A stretch of DNA of 64,000 nt, from the NCBI GenBank assembly GCA_002269645.1, contig NIVC01000222.1:62001-126000 (forward strand), written 5' to 3'. Under the pieces are notes generated by a model. That model made no database searches, was not told the DNA's origin, and worked only from the letters and a program-made list of their open reading frames with translations. The position numbers and the translations under genes are program-made. Below are positions 37,401 through 46,080 of the stretch, in pieces (within the stretch, counting starts at the first letter, position 1; every line of letters begins with the position of its first letter). The DNA is from Macrostomum lignano. Its lineage: Eukaryota.

Positions 37401-38571
37401 GCTACAAGGAAGAGCTTGAAGTAAGAGAGTGCGCATCCTTCCTCGAGACTTCGGTCATGGTCGGCTCCGTTCGAGCGAAACAAGAAGTAGACGGCATGGG
37501 CTTCTGTGAGATGCTGCAGACATCGGACTCGACAATGCGCTACAAAGAAGAGCTAGAAGTGAGAGAATGCGCTTCGTTCCTTGAGACATCCTTCATGGTC
37601 GGCTCCGTTCGAGCGAAACAGGATGTGGAGGACATGGGCGTCTGTGAGATGCTGCAGACATCAGTCGGGTCGGTACGCTACAAGGAAGAGCTTGAAGTAA
37701 GAGAGTGCGCATCCTTCCTCGAGACTTCGGTCATGGTCGGCTCCGTTCGAGCGAAACAAGAAGTAGACGGCATGGGCTTCTGTGAGATGCTGCAGACATC
37801 GGACTCGACAATGCGCTACAAAGAAGAGCTAGAAGTGAGAGAATGCGCTTCGTTCCTTGAGACATCCTTCATGGTCGGCTCCGTTCGAGCGAAACAGGAT
37901 GTGGAGGACATGGGCGTCTGTGAGATGCTGCAGACATCAGTCGGGTCGGTACGCTACAAGGAAGAGCTTGAAGTAAGAGAGTGCGCATCCTTCCTCGAGA
38001 CTTCGGTCATGGTCGGCTCCGTTCGAGCGAAACAAGAAGTAGACGGCATGGGCTTCTGTGAGATGCTGCAGACATCGGACTCGACAATGCGCTACAAAGA
38101 AGAGCTAGAAGTGAGAGAATGCAGACATCGGTCGGCTCCGTTCGAGCGAAACAGGATGTGTGAGATGCTGCAGACATCAGTCGGGTCGGTACGCTACAAG
38201 GAAGAGCTTGAAGTAAGAGAGTGCGCATCCTTCCTCGAGACTTCGGTCAGAGCGATAGACGGCACTTCTGTGAGATGCTGTCGGACTCGACAATGCGCTA
38301 CAAAGAAGAGCTAGAAGTGAGAGAGTGTGTCAGCTTTCTTGAACGTCATTTTGTTCAGAGTGAACTTTTGGTTTCTCCTAATTCTTCAAGCGTTGGTGTT
38401 CAGTGCAACCAGCCGATTGATTCTACGTCCGTTTGTTTTGAGGTTTCGACATCGACTGGGTTTATTTCGACTTTCGCAGCATTCGCCGATGCGTCGGCTC
38501 AAGTTTTTCAAGAAGTCCGTGGAACTGGTCTTCTTATCGAAGAGAAAGTTTTCGTTACTCCTTTCGATTAA
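8378..38571 (+). CDS. Giant plakin-domain (spectrin-repeat/SH3) protein with a massive tandem-repeat tail; 9 coding exons
   Basis: Exons 8378-8749, 9202-9426, 10022-10168, 11021-11175, 14674-14785, 14887-15037, 16003-16186, 16939-17062, 17148-(31652/38571). All introns are GT..AG with phases 0,0,0,2,0,1,2,0 that join in frame (first 8 exons = 1470 nt = 490 aa). Plakin motifs are in exons 2-5. Confidence 0.8.
9202..9426 (+). CDS. Exon 2: plakin spectrin-repeat segment
   Basis: SQTWEWVTRLGELTQLHLKNSADYQWFYHEANE aligns by eye with dystonin/MACF1 [33 protein letters not shown]. Acceptor CTTCAG, donor GTGAGT at 9427. Confidence 0.85.
10022..10168 (+). CDS. Exon 3: spectrin repeat leading into the SH3
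   Basis: QLMSKSHSVVPLYRR resembles plakin LMGKAKTIIQLKPR. Acceptor TTTTCTTCAG, donor GAG|GTTTGC. Confidence 0.85.
10190..10840. repeat. Intronic CTGCAG-rich minisatellite (GGGGTCTGCAGTGTG and variants, ~13-16 bp)
   Basis: Direct reading. Confidence 0.9.
10863..11004. repeat. Intronic 18-bp minisatellite (CTCACTATGCATCCTATG), ~8 copies
   Basis: Direct reading; it ends at the polypyrimidine tract of the exon 4 acceptor. Confidence 0.9.
11021..11175 (+). CDS. Exon 4: plakin-type SH3 domain
   Basis: EEVTVLDNSNSFNWKVAKADGTVMEVPSICIWLPPPDTEAVEVA matches the plakin SH3 signature (dystonin [44 protein letters not shown]). Donor GTGAGT at 11176, phase 2. Confidence 0.92.
12446..12704. repeat. Intronic 13-bp minisatellite (TCATCCCAATGAG), ~20 copies
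   Basis: Direct reading. Confidence 0.95.
12831..13402 (+). mobile_element. 5'-truncated RTE-like LINE (C-terminal part of ORF2), inactivated
   Basis: FVYLGG..DLRRRRGLAWAAF..LFQAVVETGLLYNAETWTLT..LQLAGHI, typical of the RTE post-RT region; in-frame TGA at 13167. Confidence 0.85.
13403..13455. repeat. (TTG/AAC)n microsatellite, ~17 units, at the junction of two LINEs
   Basis: Direct reading. Confidence 0.95.
13456..14465 (-). mobile_element. 5'-truncated RNase H-containing non-LTR retrotransposon (I/R1-group-like), 3' end
   Basis: RNase H motifs HYFTDGS, SFQAELSAL, ILTDSQSA, LQWIPGH and GNERAD. After a frameshift comes a CCHC knuckle (CLRCDLLEDKDHFLEC), followed by (AAC)n. Confidence 0.9.
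14674..14785 (+). CDS. Exon 5 (helical, post-SH3)
   Basis: Acceptor CTTTTCTAG (phase 2 completes Val); IRRKLRNTWASLLTEVQQW; donor GTGAGC. Confidence 0.8.
14887..15037 (+). CDS. Exon 6 (helical)
   Basis: Acceptor CCCTTATAG; open frame TAEPSAQLTFLNFLTQLEEALS...; donor GTGAGT, phase 1. Confidence 0.8.
15216..15812. repeat. Intronic 15-bp minisatellite (GGGGCTTTAGCACCA), ~39 copies
   Basis: Direct reading; source of the (ALAPG)n and (VLKPL)n ORFs. Confidence 0.95.
16003..16186 (+). CDS. Exon 7 (helical)
   Basis: Acceptor CATTGCAG, phase 1; LLRSLLEKLLEHMRNWKCLNEQLEFF; donor GTGAGT, phase 2. Confidence 0.8.
16225..16883. repeat. Intronic 22-bp minisatellite (CTCCAGTCTGTTTGTGAGCACG), ~30 copies
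   Basis: Period 22 (16257, 16279...). Confidence 0.95.
16939..17062 (+). CDS. Exon 8 (coiled-coil-like)
   Basis: Acceptor TTTTGCAG, phase 2; KMQEESGKQMEDLQTRMQDW; donor GTAAGC, phase 0. Confidence 0.8.
17148..38571 (+). CDS. Exon 9: giant terminal exon (unique acidic region, repeat arrays, short unique C-terminus ending VFVTPFD)
   Basis: Acceptor TCTACAG(CAG) at 17147, in the frame of the 4858-aa ORF. Open to TAA 31650-31652, then the same frame is open to ~35834. Indels follow, then a unique tail ending TAA at 38571. Confidence 0.75.
18783..27572 (+). repeat. Coding repeat zone 1: 171-bp/57-aa P units mixed with 138-bp/46-aa N and T units in (P)1-3-N-T cassettes; first three units degenerate
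   Basis: P = MGVCEMLLTSDGSVRYKEEPKLDECFTFSETTFLEGAIRVETLVKEASVQVEQPVDG; N ends NECASFLETTVLSESIRVSQSVND; T ends SVMMGSVRVKQEIDD. Confidence 0.95.
27573..38340 (+). repeat. Coding repeat zone 2: near-perfect 276-bp (A+B, 92-aa) dimer array with two P-unit interruptions
   Basis: A = MGVCEMLQTSVGSVRYKEELEVRECASFLETSVMVGSVRAKQEVDG; B = MGFCEMLQTSDSTMRYKEELEVRECASFLETSFMVGSVRAKQDVED. P units occur near 30660-30955 and 31555-31845. Confidence 0.95.
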
Positions 38572-39139
38572 TATTTTTAATTTGATACAAAATGGATACA
38601 ATTTTATGATTATTTTAAGTAGCAAGAAACTTTTTCCAGTTTCAATCTCTTCAACGTTTTGTGCTTTTTTAGCTTCAGAAACGTTTAAATATTTATTGGT
38701 TTTATGTTTTAGATAGCTAAGAAATAGATGGGCCCCTGCTTTTGCTATAAATTGCAATTGGGGTTCTTTTTAGTTGAATTTAACTAAACTTGGTGCAGCG
38801 AATTTCGAGTTATTAGCTGTTAGCTTTAAATTTTATGTAGCTTTTTAAAATCTTACAAATTAAGGTAGCATGAAGTGAGCAGGTTAATGCTTAATGGAAT
38901 AAAATCACAGTACCATTAAGGTAGTCTAACTTATATATACTTTTTATTGCATACGTGGTGCAAGCCAGTGAGTTGTGGCCTGTCTATTGTTTTAATATCC
39001 GTCCAAATTACCCGTACAATATAAAGTTGCTTTTTTCGTTTCAACGAGTACCCTATTTTCTTGTGGTCATGAATATCTTTTAAACATTGAAATCAAACAT
39101 ACATGGATTATGCAGGTATTTAAAAATAATTTTGTTGAT

Positions 39140-39464
39140 CAGTGGCGGATCCAGGAATTCTGTTTGGGAAGTGGCGGACTGTCAGGGGGCGCCAATGACA
39201 ATCACAAATGGGGGCGCCAGGGGGCCAATGTTGCGCCAGTGGAGCTAGGTTTAGTTTTATTACCCTTTGCTGTCTTAGTTTGGAGGGGCACTAAAAATCT
39301 TCATATGGGGTGGGCCAGTAGCAGGGTGGGGGTCGCGCAGCAGATGTCAGTCTTTATGCACCTGGATGAATCCTTTCCGTAAGGTCGGTGTGCATTGGCG
39401 TCAGTGGGGGCGCCATAAACCCATGACCGAAATTTTCCCCCCCGCCCCCCTAAATCCGCCCTTG
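39140..39464. mobile_element. hAT-type MITE
   Basis: Imperfect TIRs CAGTGGCGGATCCAG / CTAAATCCGCCCTTG; flanking 8-mers TTGTTGAT / TTGTTGCT (7/8 match, consistent with an 8-bp TSD). Confidence 0.7.
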
Positions 39465-40219
39465 TTGTTGCTTAACATTATTTTTACTAAATAACACAAT
39501 TCAATGTGAAAGTGAAACTGATTACAGTATAGTGACTAACATTAGATTTATCTTTTGTTTATTTGAACAATAATACATGTTACGTTTTACTGCGACGCAT
39601 GCAGTAGTGCATCATTCGATTTTTTCAATTTTGCTCGTGGTAGTTATTACATTACTGTTATTACAGTAGAATTATTATGTATGGTATCCGGTTTTTAGTT
39701 TTTTTAATTTACTTCCTAATATTTTTATTTAAAGTTAGTTTAAAAACAGTGCTGAGCTGGCCTCGGATTTTTTTGCTATAAAACGCTATCTTTGGCTGAA
39801 GATATTGCTCTTTGCTAGAGACATTGCTGCACAACACTATGTGCTTCAGAATAGAGATCATACAAGTACATGTACGTCATTTTAAGTAGTTTTTCTATCA
39901 TTCATAAAATAAATAGTAAATTCGTATCATTAGATAATCATATACGATGCTCTATCATTCGTTGAAACTTACTCTACATTTGCTTAAGTCTTTAACATTG
40001 TAAAATGGTGTGGTTTTACGTTACCCTACGTGCGTACTTGTACCAGTAAGATAGCTTGTATATACGCGTATACACGTGTTCTATATTGCTACATCTACAT
40101 GTGTGATAGCTATGATGCACGGACGCGTGGCGACAATGATGCAATTCGATATTACTATATAGTAAACAATGATAAATTATTATTATTACACTTAAATTAT
40201 TATTATAATAGTAACGCGC

Positions 40220-40550
40220 GACGTAACTATCACCCACACCTGCGCCTCAAGTCACCTGCACGCTTCTGCTATCGCCCCCGCGCAGCTGCCACTTCGGCCG
40301 AGGCCCGCAAATCAGCCAAGTACACCGACCTGGGCGACCACGATGACTTCCACCCGGTCGGTGTGAAAATGCTGCAGTTGCCTTCGGCCCCCATGCCCTG
40401 AAGCTATACATGTAGTTGTCGCCCTTGCGGCCTGCATCCGCGCTAATTCTGGGGAGCGGGGGATCCGGGTGCGCATCTTCCGCCGACTCGGGGCAGTTGT
40501 TCCCAGGCTAGAAACGCCCCGCACCATTTTCGCCTCCCACGCCCACGCCA
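40220..40550 (+). mobile_element. Decayed 3' fragment of a CRE-like (restriction-like endonuclease) non-LTR retrotransposon
   Basis: Across frameshifts: DVTITHTCASSHL / AAATSAEARKSAKYTDL..DFHPVGV / AFGPHALKL / IFRRLGAVV..NARTI. This follows the DVT..AE.RK..KY..PVAVETLG.WG..QRLS..QRGNA pattern of CRE C-termini. Confidence 0.65.
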
Positions 40551-41924
40551 CACTCACGTCTACGGGAGGCCCGCTGCTGAGTTTTGTTTCTTGCTTTTTA
40601 CATCCTATGGGTAATTTTTTAACTACTTTGATGCTTAGCTCATTTCGAGTCACAAATTGTTATTATTGTTATTATTAATATTATCATTATTATAAATAAT
40701 ATCATTCATAGATTAGATGATACTGCTGCACCCCAGCCACCCGTCCCCCAATCATGTACGTTGCTATTGCTATCGATTACTCAGCCCCTCTCACCCCTTC
40801 GCTTCCCAGTGTCAAAAACTCCGGCGAATCGCGCAGCGAAATGTCCCGGGAAACTGCAGCGAATCACCGGAGAAAAAACGCCGTTTTTTTACAGCCTACT
40901 TATAGTAGCATACTATGCGCATGAAATTAATCGAATCCTTTATAATTAGGCTGGTAGTTTACATTATAGGTTCACCGTGATAAAAAAATAGTGAAGACTA
41001 TTTCATAACACAATTTAATAGAATTATTTAATTTTATAGATTATCAGATTTTATATTTTATCAGTATTTTATTATGCTTACGAAAATATACCAGTATAAA
41101 AAATGTCAGCAAATTAATAGCAGATAGAGTGATATTGCATTTTAATATATGCGCATGCATATTGCATACTGCTATTGGATGCAGTGAGAAACACACTACG
41201 TTAAATTCAATATTTTCACAGAGCAATTGATTAGGGCAGAAAATTTCATTTTAAACTTTGTAAAGCCAAATGTAAGCGTTATCAAACTTGTAAAAGAATA
41301 ATTGTTTAGGAACGCTCTGAAAGGACTGATTGATAAGCAAGGAAGACAAGTTACAATTTGAAGAAAAACATATGCATTTATGAGTAAAGGTAATTAAGAC
41401 ATAAATCATATATATTGCCGCGCATGTATGAACATGTTATATACAATTAGCATTAGCACTAAAGATGCAAAAAATTACCACTTACACGATTGAAATAGGT
41501 TAAGGAAAGAAATTACGAAAGTAAACAGTTAATTCATGTTACAAAAGAAGAGTAAAAGGCGCACATTGACTGATGTATACGTATGCTTTATGATACTTTT
41601 AATAAATACAGGCTTTCTCTCGGTCGCACGTTCATTACCTACATGGCGTCGCAAGCAGGGGCCTTTTCATATTGCTTGCTCTGGTTCCAGAACCAGAACC
41701 AATTTGTGAAGTATAACTTTTTGTCTCCATAACTAGAGGGAGATACGTACTATAAAGTTTTTATTATTGAATGACAATCGCCAAGAAGAAAGTGAAAAAT
41801 TGTGCTAAGTTAGGTTGTTAAGGCAGTCGAATATTAACAGAGTTTAATAGTTATACTGCTGTTTTTCTTGGAATTCCGAACCGATTCTGGTTCTGGAATT
41901 GGTAATATGAAAAGGCCCCAGGAT

Positions 41925-42490
41925 CTGGACGAACACCGTCGGATGAAATCACGTGTGGCTGACATACTGAAGAAACACCAACTTTCAGTTTCTTGCGATT
42001 AAGTTTTAAATTCGACTGACGGGCTTCATTGAGCACCTTGAGTAGCTTCTGATCGTGCCATCAACTGACTTTCACGAGTGATCGCAAGCGTTCACACTGC
42101 AATCAACTGACATATACTGAGGAGAATGAGTGGGCTGGGGTTAAGAGGAGGGTGAACGCAAGTTTTCCAATTTTTTTCGCGAGTAATACTGTGCGCACAT
42201 ATCTCCAGCTGAGCCCAGATTCGTGCATCTTTTCAGCAAGTTTGAGAAAACTACTTTGTGCTTTGAATTCAATACCAGTGTACAGTCTGTATCAGAGTAC
42301 AAAGGCCAGCGCTCTTATTGATATAACTGGCGCGAGCTAACAAAAAACCAAGCACCTACACTTTTCCGATCGTCCTTTTTCCTGGTATTTCGATTGTCAA
42401 TCAGGGTGCCGAAGGTCGTATATAAACAGGATTTTCTTGCACATTGTTTACCAGAGGTTCCAGCGGCAACCAACAGGCGCTGTTTTTTCA
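41925..42490 (-). mobile_element. Fragmented Gypsy-like LTR retrotransposon internal sequence (RT end, possible gag pieces)
   Basis: HDQKLLKVLNEARQSNLKLNRKK..HVISSDGVRPDP matches the Gypsy RT C-terminal HD..L..VL..NLKLN.EKC..GH.IS..G..PDP. The upstream gag similarity is weak. Confidence 0.6.
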
Positions 42491-42511
42491 CACTTGCCAT
42501 TTCGCTTACGT

Positions 42512-42928
42512 CAGGGGGTCAGCAAACTTTTTTACCCCAAGGGCCAGAGCAGATAAAGAACCTAGAGCATGACTGCGTCCGGAGGAATTGAAGGAGGAGA
42601 TGAGAGAGGGATCATAAAAAAGAAGGAAGGGAGATGGGAGAAGGGAGAGGCGAGGGAATAAAGGAGCAAAGATGAGAGGAGAGGAGAGATGAATTAGGCT
42701 AGGAGAGTAGAAAAGAGAAGAGAGAGGGATCGAGTAGAGGAATAAAGAGAGAGGAGAGAAGAAGAGGGGAGAGAAGAAGAGTGGAGAGAAGAGAGAAGAG
42801 CACTGAGAAGAGACAAACATTGAGCGGGCCGAGTTACTATTGTGCAGTTTCAAAGGACCGCGAGGGCCGGATGAAGAGACTTTGCGGGCCGCATGTGGCC
42901 TGCGGGCCTGAGTTTGCCGCGACCCCTG
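42512..42928. mobile_element. hAT (Charlie-like) MITE with an internal purine-rich tract
   Basis: TIRs CAGGGGGTCAGCAAACT / AGTTTGCCGCGACCCCTG; degenerate 8-bp flanks GCTTACGT / GCTCATAT; GA-rich interior ~42590-42810. Confidence 0.75.
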
Positions 42929-43470
42929 GCTCATATGATGGAAAATAATAAAAATAGTTAATAACCTGCTGGGGTGTGATGACCAATCAATTTTGAAGCG
43001 ACAGTCAGACTAGACAGAGATTTGTTAAAATAGAGTGGCTTGAGTTGAATTTCGTGTGTTGCGCATTTTTGGGTGCTGTCTAAGAGGCAAGCTGTAGTTA
43101 GCTGCGATTTCAAGTGAACACAGAAAAATTATGAAATTCTGTGTGGTCAAACGAGTCATGTGATTTGGTCTTTCATTTGATTGCAATGTGAATGAGCCTT
43201 AAAGCGTGCTACCTTACCTGAATAATTTTACATTCTTTCTTATTTGGGCCCCCGAAGCTAGTGGAGACTAGATTGGTAGTAAGGTATCTAAAAAGTAAAA
43301 ATAACTTAGGCCTCTCAGCTAGAACTAAAACTATAGTTTCCAAAGCTTTTTAAACTTAGCAGCCGCAGTGAGCAATTTATCTCTGCATGGCAACGTCCAC
43401 TTTGTTTGAATCGGTAAAATGTTTGCGTAAAGCCAGTGGTGGAAATTCGAACGAAATAATTTAGCGCAGA

Positions 43471-43864
43471 TTGAAAAAAAGAAAAGAAAATCAGCAACAT
43501 ATTAAACTCTACAAAAACGCCTATCTCTACAAAAAAATCTGCAAGCCCGACCTGTCAAATTACTTTCCATGCACATTTAGAAACAAAAAATTCTTAACAA
43601 CTCTCCTAAAACTGAAATGCGAGATTACACCCAACTTTTTTTTCTCAAGAACCATGTAAAATGTGTGGAGCGCGAATTGGTTCTGACATTCTACACTACT
43701 TGACCGAATGTCCACAAACTGAAGAGATCAGGAAAAAATACTTCTGCGATCAATACCTCTTAAATGGCAATCAAATACACAAGATAGGATATGCTACAAA
43801 TGAAAAAAGAGTCAGAAAAGAACTCACTGGTGTAGCTAAAATATATGAAGTCATGAATAGCTAA
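43471..43864 (+). mobile_element. Probable 3' fragment of a non-LTR retrotransposon ORF2 (CCHC knuckle)
   Basis: PCKMCGARIGSDILHYLTECPQTEEIRKKY in a broken, A-rich coding-like stretch. Confidence 0.45.
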
Positions 43865-44482
43865 AACAGTTAAACAAACTGAATCAGATACATTAGCAGT
43901 GTAATAAATCCGCTTTTCAGTTATTTATTCAAAAATAAGCGCTTTCAAAAATACTGCTATTGTAATTACGGTTATATATGCTTAGATATATTGGCATAAA
44001 ATAGTTATTTTTTTTCTTTATTTTTTTTCTCTTTTCGATTTTTCGTTCGAACTTTACTCGCAACTTATCGTAATCAAAGTAATCTCGCAATTAAAGCTAA
44101 TACCTCGTAATTCGTACTCATTTTTGTATTAATATTTATACTCGATGTTAGTTGTTAGTCGTCACTTTTCGCCCAAAAATACCGTAAAAATTCTGGCGCG
44201 CTTTCAAATACTTTATCTTTTACAATAACTCGTCATGCAATCGTCGTCAACGTCAAATCGTCTTTAAACCTCTATTTCGAAAATTTTTCCAAATACACAG
44301 CTCTATAATATATTGGCCAAACAGGCTAATCGCCTGAGCCAACTTCTTACTACTAATTGATTCCGCGGCCCTGCTGCAATTATTATCATCGACATCGATT
44401 ATGAAGATTCTCCAGCACATTATGCACGTAATCGTTCCTAGTCATGCAAGATCGTTGTCTTAATTACCATGCACTAACCAAA

Positions 44483-44593
44483 GGGAGTCATTTCGTCATC
44501 CACCAGGCGCAATTGTGTTGGGAGTCATTTCGTCATTCACCAAGCGCAATTGTGTTGGGAGTCATTTCGTCATCTACCAAGCGCAATTGTGTT
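44483..44593. repeat. 37-bp tandem repeat x3 (GGGAGTCATTTCGTCATCCACCAGGCGCAATTGTGTT)
   Basis: Units start at 44483, 44520 and 44557. Confidence 0.9.
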
Positions 44594-46041
44594 TATTCTA
44601 AGTGAAATTTAGTATATAGGCCTATATGTTAGGCCTATGTCAATAGGCCTATCTCCATCAGGCTATAAAATATAGACAAAAGTTGCTTAGAATTAGTTTT
44701 TATAGGCCCCTATCATCATCTGTAATTTTATTTTAATATCTAGAAAGTCTAGAAGACTTGGCATCAATTTATTGGATCAAAATTTCAGTTTAACTTTGTG
44801 CCATGTGTTCATATTTGTAGGCCTAACTAGTACGTAGGCCTAACCTTTGTACATTTGTAATTTTGTACCTTTTGGCCAGGAGGCATTGCAGCTATCCTGC
44901 AGAATCATTTGTTAAACTCAATCTATATGCACATTTTTAGCTATTGACATGAAATTTTCGAAATTATAGCATTGCATTTACATTGTCATCAATCAATTTT
45001 TTTATCACTTGGTATCAAAGACCTACTTAGTAGGCCTATGAAATTTTGGCACTTATGGCAATAGGCATAGACCTATGGTTTGCTTTAAAGTATTTGTAAT
45101 TTTGGTATCCTAAGACTATGTATAGGTGCCACTAATATCAAATTTGTTAATAGGCCTTCTCCTTATCTAGGCCTAATTCAACAACTCAAAGCAGATCAAA
45201 GCATGCCCAGTTGATAAAATGAAACAACTTTTGAATTATAGTTATTCAAAGCCAAATGCATATAGGCCTAGGGCCTAAAGCATTTAGCATTTGTTCAAAA
45301 TTTTATTAATAGGCACCTAGTTTATTGGCCTATGGCTAATATTAAATATTTATTTCTTTATCATTGTCTAGGCTTATTGTTCTTTTTAAAATATCTCTTC
45401 TTTGTTATAGGGGCCTAATTGATAAGATAAAAGAATTTATAAGAGAATGAAATATGATTTTTTTATTTATTTCTAATTATATTAGGCCTAGCCTACTTCT
45501 CAAAAGATAAAAATTAATCAAGTAAAAAGTTAGGTCTATTAGAAATACTATAAAAGACAAATAATCATAATGACTAGGCTAATAAATAAAATACATTAAA
45601 AAATGTTGAAAATTAAGGAGACAAAAGGATTTATAACTTTTTTTTTAAATCACTAATTTAAAAAAAAGTTTTTACTCAGGCCCAAAAAATAAAAATTTTC
45701 AAATAAAATAAAAAATATTAAAAAACATTTTTCAAAATCTCATTGTAGTCTTTATGTTAAAGCACAACTTAAGAAAGTATTAAAATCATCAATGTTAGGC
45801 AAGTTTCAGCTTGAAAAGTAAGTAACTCATAGTTAAATAACTTTCAATTCCAAAGAAAATAACTAAAATAAGAAATAAGAAAAATACAAAATAGAAAATG
45901 CTGGTATAATATGTTATATACTCATACATAAAATATAGTAGAAGTTGTATTATATTTCACCACTGTTTAAGCTGAAGATCTAGATACAAGTAGCCTATAT
46001 CAATTTCATTAAGGCTTTAAGTCTTTAGCCAATTAAAATCT

Positions 46042-46080
46042 ATGCCGATGAGTTCAGCCAGTGGGCTTGTAGAGGTTGAG
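46042..46080 (+). CDS. CPPED1: Tentative first coding exon of CPPED1 (MPMSSASGLVEVE)
   Basis: ATG followed by 13 codons and donor GAG|GTGGGT in phase 0, which matches the next exon. No sequence-similarity support. Confidence 0.35.

Noticed and set aside
41644-41660. Primer-binding-site-like TGGCGTCGCAAGCAGGG
   Set aside because: It is on the opposite strand to the nearby Gypsy RT fragment and no paired LTR was found.
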